Shown: positions 9,161-20,300, counted from the stretch's first letter. The stretch: DNA of 45,418 nt from Gemmatimonadota bacterium (GCA_038128265.1 JAYPJE010000034.1:1-45418), one strand, 5' to 3'. A program made the numbers and translations. The notes: generated by a model not told the origin, from the letters alone.

Positions 9161-10305
9161 TAGCCGCGACTCGTAGGTTGCCAGACGCGATAGCGACGCC
9201 CGCTGACAAAGCGAAGCAGACCGAGCAGCGCACCGGCGTTTATAGCGCAAAAATGTGCCGGCACGTAAAATAGGGCAAATCGACCGAGCTGGGCGGGCAG
9301 CAGGTTACCCAGCAAGGCTAAACCATACAGGACCAGTTGCACCCACAAGAGCGTGCGATATAGGGTGTGATCGACTAGTAGAGCACTGCTGACCAACGCG
9401 GCGATCAGCGCCAGCGGCACCATCCAGCGCATTAGCTTATGCGAAACCATCTGCACGGCGAATAGACCGTGGGCAAGGGGATTGAGCACGCCGCGCTCCG
9501 ACCACAAGCCGCGCAGCGAACGGGCAATAATGCGCGTGCGCCGGTTAAACTCGTCGGCAAAAGTGCCGCCGCTGCGCTCCTCGGCAACGGCACGGGGCTC
9601 GTAAACGACCCGAAAGCCGCGCCGCCACACGCGCACCGGCATAATAAAATCGCTAATTATATCGGCATCCAACTCTTCAAAGAGTTCGCGGCGCAGAGCG
9701 TAAATCGAACCGTTTGCTCCCAGCGCCGATGAGAGCAGGCTCTCGCGCCGCTTGAGAAACTGCTCGTAGCGCCAGTAAACGCCTTCGCCCTTGCCCGCCG
9801 CATCTCCCTGTGGATTGGTGTAGCGCAGTTCGCCGCACACGCAGCCGATCGCGCGATCGGCAAAGGGCAGGACGAGCTCTTTGAGCGCCTGCGCTTCGTA
9901 CATGCTATTGGCATCGGAAAAAACGAGGAATTCGCCTTCTGCCAGCCGCACCGCTTCGTTTTGCGCCTGCGTCTTGCCGCCGCGCTGCTCTACCCGGTGC
10001 AGCACCACGCCCCGATCGCCATAGGACGCCGCGATAGATTCGGTCGCATCTGTGGAACCGTCCGACGCGACGATGATCTGCACTTTTTCGCGCGGGTAGT
10101 CCAGCGCCAGCGAGTTGTCTAGCTTTTCCGCCAGCACCGCCTCTTCGTTGTGGGCGGCGATGATCAGCGATATCGAGGGCCACTCCTCGGGCGGAGCGGA
10201 CGGCGGGATGTGCCTGCCCGCCGACAGCAGCCACAGCACCAGCGGATACAGCAAATAGGCGTATACCACCCACAGTATGGCGATCCAAAAGACAGTGGCT
10301 AACAT
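9160..10305 (-). CDS. GT2 family membrane glycosyltransferase (CESA-like subfamily)
   Basis: Motifs IAAHNEE, SDGSTD, GKTQAQN, FSDAN, GANGSIYALR and RRTRI, with N- and C-terminal TM segments. Confidence 0.93.
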   Translation of the reverse strand: MLATVFWIAILWVVYAYLLYPLVLWLLSAGRHIPPSAPPEEWPSISLIIAAHNEEAVLAEKLDNSLALDYPREKVQIIVASDGSTDATESIAASYGDRGVVLHRVEQRGGKTQAQNEAVRLAEGEFLVFSDANSMYEAQALKELVLPFADRAIGCVCGELRYTNPQGDAAGKGEGVYWRYEQFLKRRESLLSSALGANGSIYALRRELFEELDADIISDFIMPVRVWRRGFRVVYEPRAVAEERSGGTFADEFNRRTRIIARSLRGLWSERGVLNPLAHGLFAVQMVSHKLMRWMVPLALIAALVSSALLVDHTLYRTLLWVQLVLYGLALLGNLLPAQLGRFALFYVPAHFCAINAGALLGLLRFVSGRRYRVWQPTSRG

Positions 10306-10473
10306 GCTAATTCAGATTGACCCACGACGCGTAATTTTTTTGTTTATCTATTTATATTTTCGTCATTTGTGATACTAAATGCAAATGGCCTTTGCCGACT
10401 TTACTGCTCCGTTTTACGCGCGGGTAGGGCACCTATTCACGGATCGTACACCGCCCATTATTGCATCGAAGAT

Positions 10474-11583
10474 ATGCCGCCAATCGTCCACATAACCACC
10501 GTGCATTCGCCCTTTGACAACCGCATTTTCCACCGCGAGTGCAAAACGCTGGCCGAGGCCGGCTACGACGTCGTGCTGGTCGCCGCACACGAGCGCGACG
10601 AAACGGTTGAGGGCGTGCGCATTTGCGCGTTCCAGCGTCCCACAGGACGGTGGGCGCGCATGAGCATAGGGGTTTGGCGCGCGTTCCGCACGGCACTGCG
10701 TCAGCGCGGTCGAATCTACCACTTTCACGATCCCGAGTTTATACCCGCCGCGCTCCTCTTACGCCTGCTGGGCAAACGCGTGATCTACGATATACACGAG
10801 GACAATAGCACGGCTCTATTAGAAAGAGAATATCTCCCCCGCGCCGTGCGCACGCTGGTGGCCCGCACGCTCTCCCTGCTCGAACGCGTCGCCGCACGGC
10901 CCTTTCAGCAGGTGCTAGCCGAGCGCTACTACGCCGAGCGCTTTCCCCGCGGATGCACCGTGCTCAACTATGCGCGCCTGCCCGCCGTCGACGACGAGCA
11001 GCTTGCACAGCGTCCCCAGCTGGGGTGCGCACGGCTGCTCTACACCGGCAACGTCAAGGCGTTTCGCGGCGCCCTCCACCACGTGCGTATCCTACACCAG
11101 CTCCCAGAGGCAGAGGTCTTTCTCGTCGGGCGCTGCGATGCGCCGCTAGCCGATGAACTGGAGCAGCTAGCTGCATCCCACTGCAAACGCCTGCATATAG
11201 ACGGCGTGGGCCACTTCGTGGCACACGAGCGCATAGTAGAATACTACCTGCGCGAGCACTGGACGGCCGGTCTGGCCATTTTTCCCGCCGGTCGTCATAC
11301 GCTGCGCAAAGAGCTGACCAAAATCTTCGAGTATATGGCCTACGGCCTGCCTATCGTCTGCTCGGATTTTCCCAACCTGCGCCGCCTTGTCGAAGAGAAC
11401 GACTGCGGGCTCTGCGTGGACCCGCAGGACGAAGCGCGCATCGCCGAGGCCGTGCGCTATCTCAGTGAACACCCGGACGAGGCGCGGCGAATGGGAAACA
11501 ACGGCCGGCGCGCGGCGCGTGCCCATTACCATTGGGGTACGCAGGCCGAACAGCTGCTACAGCTATATGGGCGTCTGTCCTAA
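10474..11583 (+). CDS. GT4 family glycosyltransferase, 369 aa
   Basis: Motifs ITTVHSPFDNRIFHRE, YHFHDPE, IYDIHED and KIFEYMAYGLPIVCSDFP; start placed at ATG 10474. Confidence 0.92.
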   Translation: MPPIVHITTVHSPFDNRIFHRECKTLAEAGYDVVLVAAHERDETVEGVRICAFQRPTGRWARMSIGVWRAFRTALRQRGRIYHFHDPEFIPAALLLRLLGKRVIYDIHEDNSTALLEREYLPRAVRTLVARTLSLLERVAARPFQQVLAERYYAERFPRGCTVLNYARLPAVDDEQLAQRPQLGCARLLYTGNVKAFRGALHHVRILHQLPEAEVFLVGRCDAPLADELEQLAASHCKRLHIDGVGHFVAHERIVEYYLREHWTAGLAIFPAGRHTLRKELTKIFEYMAYGLPIVCSDFPNLRRLVEENDCGLCVDPQDEARIAEAVRYLSEHPDEARRMGNNGRRAARAHYHWGTQAEQLLQLYGRLS

Positions 11584-11609
11584 GAAGACGCAGCCGGCGC
11601 GCAAACGGG

Positions 11610-12779
11610 CTAGCTCTTTTTAAGCACACTCTCATAAAGCGCCAGCGTGCGTTCGGCTACCTGGCGATAGTCGAATGCCTCAGCGCGGCGACGCAGTGTG
11701 TCTGGCTCAAAATCGGCGTAGTGTGTTAGCACATCCTCTATCGCGGCGGCCAGCGACGCGGCATCACCCACCTCGGCTAGACGCCCCACTCCATCGTCGA
11801 CTAGCTGCTCGGGCCCCCCGCAGCGCGTGGCTACCACGGGCACGCCGCAGGCCATGGCTTCGATGAGCACAATGCCGAAACTGTCGTAAAAACTCGGCAA
11901 CACAAACACATCGGGCTCGGCCATGACGGTCGGCATTTCGGACCACGGCCGAGCCGGGCAAAATTCGACGCGCTCGGCCAAGCCCAGTCGCTCTGCCTGC
12001 TGGCGAAAAGCCTCGCCGTTGCCGCTGTCCGAGCTAGCGCCGACCAACTTCAGCGAAACATCGCCTCGATGCTGGCAGAGCAGGTGCAGCGCATCGAGCA
12101 AGACCGCTATACCTTTTTTAGCGTCAAAGCGACCGGCATACAGCAGGCGCCACCCACCCTTGCCGCCGCGGCGCACCGCCGGAGGTGCAAAGCGCGCGCA
12201 GTCCACGCCCTGAGGAATGTCCCATATCCGCTGCGGCGCCACGCCCAGTTCCAGCACGCGTGTGCGCACGTCGCGACTGCTGGCGACAACGGCATCGGCG
12301 CGCGTCAGCGCTTCGGCAACAAGGGTGCGCCAGCGCGGATTGGCCTGCGGTATCTCGCGCACGTCGTGGCCGTGCACCGATATGACGACGGGAATACCGA
12401 GCCGCGCGCCGTACTCAACGGCGGCCCGCCCATCTGGATAGGCGAGGTGGGCATGCAGCACATCGGGCCGCGGCCGCAAAGCCGCCCCGTCTTCCAAGGC
12501 GCGCAAATAGGCGCGCCACGCGCGCGCAAACAGCAGACGGCGCGGCGGGGAAAAATAGCGCGGATACTGCACGCTTAATCCATCCCGCTCTTCTACATCG
12601 GCCACGCCGGCCAACGCACTCCAACGACCAAAGCCTGGTATACGAGGGAAATAGGGCAGCGGAGCCAGTACTTCCACTTCGCACAGCTCGCTCAAAAAAC
12701 GCGCCTGGTTGTGCACAAACGTTCCGCGCGCCGGATAAGCCGAGCTTGGATAGAGGCGCGATGTGAGCAACACTTTCAA
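11610..12779 (-). CDS. GT4 family glycosyltransferase (TuaC-like), 389 aa
   Basis: Motifs [22 protein letters not shown] and [34 protein letters not shown] 12779 overlaps the flippase stop and has GGAG upstream. Confidence 0.92.
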   Translation of the reverse strand: MKVLLTSRLYPSSAYPARGTFVHNQARFLSELCEVEVLAPLPYFPRIPGFGRWSALAGVADVEERDGLSVQYPRYFSPPRRLLFARAWRAYLRALEDGAALRPRPDVLHAHLAYPDGRAAVEYGARLGIPVVISVHGHDVREIPQANPRWRTLVAEALTRADAVVASSRDVRTRVLELGVAPQRIWDIPQGVDCARFAPPAVRRGGKGGWRLLYAGRFDAKKGIAVLLDALHLLCQHRGDVSLKLVGASSDSGNGEAFRQQAERLGLAERVEFCPARPWSEMPTVMAEPDVFVLPSFYDSFGIVLIEAMACGVPVVATRCGGPEQLVDDGVGRLAEVGDAASLAAAIEDVLTHYADFEPDTLRRRAEAFDYRQVAERTLALYESVLKKS

Positions 12780-14035
12780 CGGCGGTCCACTCCTTCCGGG
12801 CGATGGGGCGGCAACCCCACCAACGCGCGCCAATCCAGCCGTTCGTGCCGCATATAGGCCTGTGCAACACACAGGGTCCACAGCGCATAGGACAGCGACG
12901 TGGCCAGAGCGGCGCCCTCCAGTCCCATGCGCGGAATAAGGTAGGCGTTGAGCAGCAGGTTGGCGACAAAGGCCACGCCCGGAGCCCACTGCGTTATGGG
13001 CGGGTAGCCCAAACCGGCCAATTTCGTGTTGAAAACGGAGCCAATGCCCAGAAAAATCAGCCCGGGCAGCATCCATAGCAGGGGCGCATAGGCGGCTGTG
13101 TAGTCCGGAAACAGCAGCGCTATAAGCCACTCGCCGAGCCCCCATAATCCCAGTGCGGCCAGCAGTGAAAAAGCCAATATACCGCGCGCCACGCGCAGGC
13201 TTAAACGACCGGCGTCCTCGTCGCGCACGACCTTGGCCAACAGCACGGCGCCAGCTACGTCGGGCAAGCGCTGCATCATATCGGCAAAATTAACCGCCAC
13301 GCGATAGGTGCCTACCGCCGCCTCGTCAATGAAATATTGGATTAGAAATAGGTCGCTTTTGAGCAGCAAAAAAACCAGCACGACCGATACGGTACCGCGG
13401 CTACCCACTGACCACGTGCGCCCCAGCAGCGCGCGGTCGCCCCAGTGAAATGGTCCCGCACGGCGCAAGCAGGCAAAGGCGACGAACGCCGCCAGCGCCG
13501 CCGCCGCAACAAAAGCGTAGAGGGCACGGACCATATCCAGCTCACCACCGAGCCACTGGACGCCGTTGGCCGTCGCGTAGACTGCTATAAATACAATGGG
13601 CACCAGCGCATAGGGCCGCACGCGATCCTGCCCCAACAAAATGGCCTGACCGCAGCGCTGCAAGACGATGCCCGTCGTCAACAGCGCCCACAGGGGCCAG
13701 TAGCGCATGATCTCCTCGCCTAGCGCATCGACCAACAGCGCACGCCCCGCCCAGGCGAAAAGCGAGGTCGCACAGAACAGCACCAGCGCATAGAGCAGCG
13801 CGTTATTGCGCGCCGATCCAGCAGCGGCTTCCCTTCCCACTACGTAGGTGCTGCCGCGCCGCATCCACTCGCCCAGCACCAGAGCGGCTATGAGAGCGGC
13901 GTTGGTCCACAGCGCCAACCGACCGTAGCTCGCGCTGCCCAACGCGTGGGCCAACAGCATTTGGTTGAGCAGGCCGAGGGAAAAGACCAGCCCCGTGCTG
14001 AGGGCGTTCAGGGAAAAATTGCGAAGAAATGCCAT
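12776..14035 (-). CDS. Wzx-type oligosaccharide flippase (MOP superfamily)
   Basis: 419 aa with about 12 hydrophobic segments; LGSASYG, KSDLFLI...VGTYRVA and NLLLNAYLIPRMGLEGAALATSLSY patterns. Confidence 0.88.
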   Translation of the reverse strand: MAFLRNFSLNALSTGLVFSLGLLNQMLLAHALGSASYGRLALWTNAALIAALVLGEWMRRGSTYVVGREAAAGSARNNALLYALVLFCATSLFAWAGRALLVDALGEEIMRYWPLWALLTTGIVLQRCGQAILLGQDRVRPYALVPIVFIAVYATANGVQWLGGELDMVRALYAFVAAAALAAFVAFACLRRAGPFHWGDRALLGRTWSVGSRGTVSVVLVFLLLKSDLFLIQYFIDEAAVGTYRVAVNFADMMQRLPDVAGAVLLAKVVRDEDAGRLSLRVARGILAFSLLAALGLWGLGEWLIALLFPDYTAAYAPLLWMLPGLIFLGIGSVFNTKLAGLGYPPITQWAPGVAFVANLLLNAYLIPRMGLEGAALATSLSYALWTLCVAQAYMRHERLDWRALVGLPPHRPEGVDRR

Positions 14036-14040
14036 CTACG

Positions 14041-14070
14041 AAAAAACCCCTGTCGACATACCGACAGAGG
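14041..14070 (-). terminator. Intrinsic-terminator-like hairpin between PMM and wzx
   Basis: Minus strand reads CCTCTGTCG-GTATGT-CGACAGGGG followed by TTTTTT. Confidence 0.7.
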
Positions 14071-14098
14071 CCCTATGTGCGCGCGCGAACAAAGGAGT

Positions 14099-15439
14099 TT
14101 ACGCGCGGATGAACGCGAGCACCTCGTCGCGTTTCGCACACATCGCGTCCGCATCCAACGCCTCCAGATTAAGGCGCAGCAGCGGTTCGGTATTTGAAGC
14201 GCGCACGTTGAAATGCCAGTCGTCATAGCTGACGGAAATGCCGTCTATATGCTCAATGTGACCATCGGCATAGCGCTCGGCAAGGGCGGCGATCTTAGCC
14301 TGCGGATCGTCGACGCGCGAGTTGATTTCCGACGACAGAAAGTAGCGCGAGGCCAGCGGATCGAGCAGTTCGGACAGCTTGACGCCGCGCCGCGAGAGCA
14401 TTTCCAGCATCAGCAGCGCCGGCACCAGACCCGAATCGGCGCCGAAAAAGTCGCTGAAGTAGTAGTGACCGCTCAGTTCACCAGCGTAGACGGCGCCTTC
14501 TTCAAACATGCGCGGCTTGATAAAGGAGTGTCCCACGCGCTCGATGAGCGCCGTGCCTCCGGCCGCTGTGATCATATCGCGCACCGCCCACGAACAGCGC
14601 ACGTCGTAGACAATCTTGCCGCCGGGATATTTCTCCAGCATATAGCATCCCATCAGCGCGGTGATAAAATCGCCGGGGACAAAATCGCCGCGATCGTCAA
14701 TGACGAAAAAGCGGTCGCCGTCCCCGTCAAACGCAAAGCCGATATCGGCCCCCTCATCCCTGACGCGCTGCTGCAGTTCGGCGCGGTTTTCAGGCTGCAT
14801 CGGATCGAGACCGTGGTTGGGCAGACTGCCGTCCGGATCGAGATAGAGACCTGTCAATTGGACCGGCAGCTTCTCGAACACGCGCTGGAGGCTCGGTCCA
14901 ACCATGCCGTTGCCGGTATCGGCAATCACCTTCAGCGGCTTGAGCTCGACCGGATCGACCACGCTGAGGACCTTGTCGACAAAGCCGGCGCTCACATCCT
15001 GTCTGCGCACCGTTCCCGTGCGGCTGGGCTCGCCGTAGCGCTCGTCTTCGACGATGCGGCGCAGATCCTGTATGCCCGAATCACCGCTGAGCAGGTAGGG
15101 CATATCGCGCACCATTTTAAAGCCACAGTACTGCGGTGGATTGTGCGACGCCGTCACCATGAGGCCCGGACGCTGCAGGGTCGCACAGGCATAGTAGTAT
15201 TGGTCTGTGCTAACCATGCCGATGTCGATGACGTCGGCGCCCTGCTCCGTAAGACCGTGCAGCAGCTGTTCCTTAATGGCGGGACTGGACAGGCGCATAT
15301 CGCGCCCGACGATCACCTCTGCGGGTTTTAGGAGGTCGACAAACGCGCGTCCAACGGCGCGCGCCACGCGCTCATCGAGCTGCTCCGGATAGATACCGCG
15401 AATGTCGTAGGCTTTGAATATAGACGGGTCAATGTGCAT
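14099..15439 (-). CDS. manB: Phosphomannomutase/phosphoglucomutase
   Basis: Motifs FKAYDIRG, catalytic TASHNP, metal loop FDGDGDR, GELSGHYYF and VRASNTEPLLRLN. Confidence 0.95.
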   Translation of the reverse strand: MHIDPSIFKAYDIRGIYPEQLDERVARAVGRAFVDLLKPAEVIVGRDMRLSSPAIKEQLLHGLTEQGADVIDIGMVSTDQYYYACATLQRPGLMVTASHNPPQYCGFKMVRDMPYLLSGDSGIQDLRRIVEDERYGEPSRTGTVRRQDVSAGFVDKVLSVVDPVELKPLKVIADTGNGMVGPSLQRVFEKLPVQLTGLYLDPDGSLPNHGLDPMQPENRAELQQRVRDEGADIGFAFDGDGDRFFVIDDRGDFVPGDFITALMGCYMLEKYPGGKIVYDVRCSWAVRDMITAAGGTALIERVGHSFIKPRMFEEGAVYAGELSGHYYFSDFFGADSGLVPALLMLEMLSRRGVKLSELLDPLASRYFLSSEINSRVDDPQAKIAALAERYADGHIEHIDGISVSYDDWHFNVRASNTEPLLRLNLEALDADAMCAKRDEVLAFIRA

Positions 15440-15442
15440 GAA

Positions 15443-16513
15443 TCAGGCGAATCTCCGCAGCGTAACATCTAGGTAGCGCACGCCATCAGTCGCCGGGTGG
15501 TGCTGAACGAGAATGGGGCTTTGATACTGACCCTGCACAATACTGCCCGGGCCCGTCTCCTTGCTGTCGGACACCAGCAGGGATACGTGGCGTTTGAGGC
15601 GCAGAATGCGCTTGGCCGGACTCGACAGCACGGAGAGAATGCGGTCGATGACCGAACGCCCCACTGGCACGTTGTCCATAAGGTCGTTGTAGAGGTGGAT
15701 CAGGTCGTAGGCGGCGTAGTCACGCGTCTTGCCGGGAATGGATGACGGATGACGCAGCAGGCTCTTGCCGCGCTGTACCATGTAGCGCAGCGGGTCGCGC
15801 AGGACCTGAGGCAGATCGTTGCGCATCAGCAAGGTCTCGTACTCGTTGACCGTCAGTCCGACATGGCGATCTTCGGGCACCAGTCGCAGGTCAAAACGGC
15901 CCTTGTCGACGCCATAGCGCTGCAGCCAATCCTCCAATTCGGCAAACAGTCCGTAGCGCTCATCGCGGAGGTTAAACGAATCGATCGCATGCCCGGCGTC
16001 GACGGGAATGGCGATGCGCCCTCGGTGCACCACCTCGGCCTGATCGTAGGCGATAACCGTCGTGTGGCGCTCGCGCACGTGGTCTTTATAGACGCCATCC
16101 AACTCGATAAAGTACACCGACTCGTCCGGGCGATTGATGTAGGTGACGCAGTTTTTAAGCCCTGCGCTCATAAACGTAAGATGCGAATCGGCATTGACCG
16201 GCTCGCGCTCCTTCTGGCTTTCGCTCAGTTCGTCGCGCAGCTGCATGCGGTCGTGGTAGTAGCCGGCGTCGTGCGGAAAGATCTTCTGAACGGCACGAAT
16301 AAAGGGATCGAGTTGCTTGTAGCCTTGACCCAAATGCCTGCACGCGCCCTGTTCCAGATAGCCGGCCGTGGTGTGCAGCGAGCAGTAGGCCGTCTTGCGA
16401 AAGGACGTCAGGGCATCGCCTACTTCGTCACGCACCCGCTGATTCACGTCGATCAGTTCGTAGCGCTGCTGTGGGCGTATTACCAAGTTGACTTCTACAG
16501 GGGCCGTCGCCAT
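15443..16513 (-). CDS. Hypothetical protein with two tandem YjbQ (UPF0047)-like domains, 356 aa
   Basis: N-half has HTTAG, YYHD, NADSHL and FIELDG. C-half has GLTVNE..ND and SLLV...GQYQ, which parallel the YjbQ GITINE and LGTWQ segments. Confidence 0.7.
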   Translation of the reverse strand: MATAPVEVNLVIRPQQRYELIDVNQRVRDEVGDALTSFRKTAYCSLHTTAGYLEQGACRHLGQGYKQLDPFIRAVQKIFPHDAGYYHDRMQLRDELSESQKEREPVNADSHLTFMSAGLKNCVTYINRPDESVYFIELDGVYKDHVRERHTTVIAYDQAEVVHRGRIAIPVDAGHAIDSFNLRDERYGLFAELEDWLQRYGVDKGRFDLRLVPEDRHVGLTVNEYETLLMRNDLPQVLRDPLRYMVQRGKSLLRHPSSIPGKTRDYAAYDLIHLYNDLMDNVPVGRSVIDRILSVLSSPAKRILRLKRHVSLLVSDSKETGPGSIVQGQYQSPILVQHHPATDGVRYLDVTLRRFA

Positions 16514-16659
16514 ACTCTGTTTCTTCCCCGGGGAGAGAATTGTCAGGGGGTCGTCAAACGCATATTTTCAGGGCGTATCAGGTTAAAAATAGTACGCCCC
16601 CTGCGCTCGCGCAACTTTAAAGACGTGCCCTTTTTCACTACAGAAAGTGTAAAAATCGC

Positions 16660-17163
16660 GTGAAAACAATCTTGGCCATGCGCCATGCCGAATCAGACTA
16701 TCCGCATGGCGTGGAGAGCGACTACGAACGGACGCTCAGCGAGCGCGGTCAGAGCGACCTTCCGCGCATGGCCGCTCTGCTGCGTCGGTGCGAGACCATG
16801 CCTGAATACGTGCTCTCATCGTCGGCGCAGCGCGCGCGCCAGACGGCCGCAGGCCTGGTCGAATATTTGGACCTATCGCCCGACGTGCTGCAGTTGGAAG
16901 ACGCGCTGTATCTGGCTTCGCCCAGCACCCTGCTGGCACATATCCAGCGGGTGCCGGACCGCGTCGAAACCCTCCTCGTCGTAGCGCACAACCCCGGCAT
17001 GGAAGAGCTGATTTGCCTACTTTCCGGAGCGCGCGTCGCCTTGCCCTCCGCCGGGCTGGCATCCATCGCGATGGGAGTATCGCAGTGGTCGGCGACTGCA
17101 CCTGCTCATGGCAGACTATCGTACTTTGTTACGCCACGCATCGCACAACGGCTAAGTTCATAA
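16660..17163 (+). CDS. sixA: SixA-like phosphohistidine phosphatase
   Basis: Motifs RHAES, D.ERTLSERG, SSSAQRARQT, LYLA and VVAHNPGME. Confidence 0.9.
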   Translation: MKTILAMRHAESDYPHGVESDYERTLSERGQSDLPRMAALLRRCETMPEYVLSSSAQRARQTAAGLVEYLDLSPDVLQLEDALYLASPSTLLAHIQRVPDRVETLLVVAHNPGMEELICLLSGARVALPSAGLASIAMGVSQWSATAPAHGRLSYFVTPRIAQRLSS

Positions 17164-17189
17164 AATTCACCGGTTTGGCAACAAGTCTA

Positions 17190-17249
17190 TTGTCTTTCTG
17201 GTCGCCATCATATTATATTTGTTCTCTGTAGCACCATCCTCGGCTACAG
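17190..17249 (+). promoter_or_regulatory. Possible promoter and 5' inverted repeat upstream of the giant surface protein
   Basis: TTGTCT(17190-17195) followed by TATTATATT(17211-17219), then a perfect inverted repeat CTGTAGC-N10-GCTACAG (17226-17249). Confidence 0.35.
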
Positions 17250-17304
17250 CGCAGCACCCCCGACTGACGGCGTTTTCCCCTTTGTTTTAAACCGACTGGT
17301 TCTT

Positions 17305-20300
17305 ATGCCTTTTGGCGCCTTTTTGGCGTTTTGTGCGGTCGTTCTGTTGGCGGCGTCGGCGCCCGTGCAAGCGACAATCGTCATATTCGGCCATCACCAG
17401 GGTCTCAGCGGACAGAGCATTGCGCGCCCCGGTGCCGAAGTGCCCGTCTACTCCGTGCGGCTTGTAAACGACGGCAATTCTACGCTCCAATCGATCGCCC
17501 TCACTCTATCCGATCTGAGCACGCCGACCGGGATTGGCGCCAGTGCCTTTGCCCAACTGCGCCTATACCGCAGTGCCGACGCAACCTTCGACGCCGGCAG
17601 TGACAGCCTGTTGGGCACCCAAAACAGCGTGGCGCTCGGCAGTCCCAGCACGATTTCTCTCGACGCACCGCTCAACTGGAATTCGTCTTTCCCCTATTTT
17701 ATCGCCACGCTGACGCTCAGCACAACCCACGTCGACGAAGTGGGGACCAATAAAGATGCCTTTCGCGTCGGCTCGGCCGCCGGCGCCATTGCCACCAGCA
17801 GCGGAGCCATTGGCGGCGAAATTGTCGCCGATAATGCCAATAGCGTTTCCATAGACGTGGTGGCCACGCAGGTGGCCTTTGCCACCCAGCCCGTCGACGC
17901 GACCGCCAGCAACGGCGACGTCGTTTCGGGACGGGCCTTTGCCACCCAGCCCGTGCTCGAAGCGCGCGATGCCTATGGCAACGTCGACGTCGACGCCAGC
18001 GGCAGTGCAAGCATCGGCGTCGGCAGCGGCAGCGGCAGCGTATCGCTATCGGGATCGACAGGCGTCAATTGGACCGCGGGACGGGCCCCCTTTACCAACT
18101 TGGCCGTTACCACCGCCAGCGATGCGGCGTCCTTTACCCTATCGGCTACGAGCAGTGGTCTAACCAGCGCCACCAGCCGCAGCTTGGTAGCCGATATCGT
18201 CGCCACGCAGATGGTCTTCACCGCTCAGCCCACCCACGGCGGCGTGGCCAACGGTGACGTGCTGTCGGGCGTGGCCTTCCAGACCCAGCCCGTCGTCAGC
18301 GCACAGGATGCCGACGGGCGCGTCGATACCGATTTCAACGACGCGATAACGCTGACTACGAGCGCACCCGGCACGCTCTCGGGCACGACCACTCGGTCCG
18401 CTTCCAGCGGGGTAGCAACCTTTACCGACATCACCTACACCGCCACGGTAGACCAACAATCTTTTGCGCTGCTAGCTGACGACCTGCCCGGCGGCTCCGG
18501 CGGCGACTTACCCAGCGCTAGCACCGCCAGCCGCACTGCTGACATCGTCGCCACCAAGATCGTCTTTGCCACGCTGCCCTCCGACGCGGCCGCCACCAAC
18601 GGCAACGTCGTTTCGGGACGGGCCTTTACTACCCAGCCCGTACTCGAAGCGCGCAACGAAAGCGGACAGCGCGACCTCAACTTTACCGGCAGTGTGTCCC
18701 TGTCGCTGCCGCCGGGTAATCCCAGCCTGAGCGGCACGCTTAGCAAAACGTGGATCAGCGGCCGGGCCGACTTTGCCGGCAGCGGCCTGCGCGTTACCGC
18801 AACGAGCGATGCAACAACTTTTGCACTGAGCGCGACCAGCGGTTCCATCAGCGGCCAGAGCACTACGCTAACGGCCGACATCATCGCTACGCAAATGGCT
18901 TTCGCCACCCAGCCAGCCGATGCACGCGCGCCTAACGGCGACGTGGTCTCCGGCATTGCATTCCAAACACAGCCCACGATCGAAGCGCGCAACGACGATG
19001 GCGTGGTAGACATACACTATGCTGGCAACCCGCCAGCCCTAACCGTCCAATCGGGCGATGTCACTCTAACGGGTACAACCAGCGCAAATTGGAGCAACGG
19101 ACGAGCATCTTTCTCCAATCTAGCCGTCGATGCGGCGAGCGAGGGACAGAGCTTCGCGCTGGCGGCGGCCAACGACGGCGGCTTGACGCCCGTCACCACC
19201 AACGCGTTGGTCGCCGATATCGTCGCTACCCAGATGGTATTCACCGCTCAGCCCACTCACAGCGGCGTGTCCAATGGCGACGTGCTATCGGGAGTTCCCT
19301 TCCAGACCCAACCCATTGTTAGCGCCCAGGATGCCGGTGGCCGCATCGACACCCACTTTAATGACACCATCGCGCTGACGACGAGCGCGCCCGGCACGCT
19401 CTCGGGTGCGACCAGCCAGCAGGCCACTAGCGGCGTGGCGACCTTTACCAACATCGCCTACACTGCCACGGCTGATCAGCAGTCCTTTGCCCTGCTAGCA
19501 GACGATCTGCCCGGTGGCTCCGGCGGCGACTTGCCCAGCGCCAGTACCAACAGCCGCACTGCCGATATCGTCGCTACGAAAATCGTCTTCACTACCCTCC
19601 CGTCCGACGCAGCCGCCACCAACGGCGATGTCGTTTCCGGACGCGCATTCGCCACCCAACCCATACTCGAAGCCGTCAACGAGAGCGGACAGCGGGACCT
19701 CAACTTTACCGGCAATGCGACGATAGCCCTGGCCTCCGGCAGCGCTACGCTGCTGGGTACGACGAGCGTTGCATGGAGTGCCGGGCGCGCGCTCTTTGAC
19801 GCCAGCGGCCTCGGCATTTCGACTTCCGGCGACGGCGTGACTTTCGCGCTACGCGCTTCTGCAACAGGCCTGGCCGACGCCACGACAAGCACGCTGACTG
19901 CCGATATCGTCGCTACGAAAATTGCCTTTACCACGCAGCCCTCCGATCCTGCCGCCAGCAACGGCAGCGTCGTCTCCGGACGGGTCTTTGCCACCCAGCC
20001 CGTCCTCGAAGCCGTCAACGAGAGCGGACAAAAGGATCTGCACCTATCGAACGTGCCCGTTACACTGGCCGTTCAGTCAGATGCCGTAACTCTATTGGGC
20101 ACCGCAACGACCAACTGGGTCAGCGGCCGCGCAGCTTTTGCCAATCTATCGGCCAGCGCGACCGGCGATGCCGCGCCTTTCACCCTGTCGGCCACGAGTG
20201 CCGGACTCATTAGCGCCGACAGCAATGCGCTCGTGGCCGACATCGTTGCCACACAGATGGTCTTTACAACGCAACCCGCTCACGGCGGCCTGGCCACTGA

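Noticed and set aside
1090..13145. Extended N-termini in the ORF track (1090, 5520, 9250, 10369, 13145; also 32929, 38798, 41973, 45042)
   Set aside because: They overlap neighbouring genes or promoter regions and are not family-like; downstream starts fit RBSs, stop-start overlaps or family N-termini better.
14213..16663. Long plus-strand ORFs 14213-15331 (372 aa) and 15749-16663 (304 aa)
   Set aside because: Antisense shadows of PMM and the YjbQ-like gene; no motifs, and expected at high GC.
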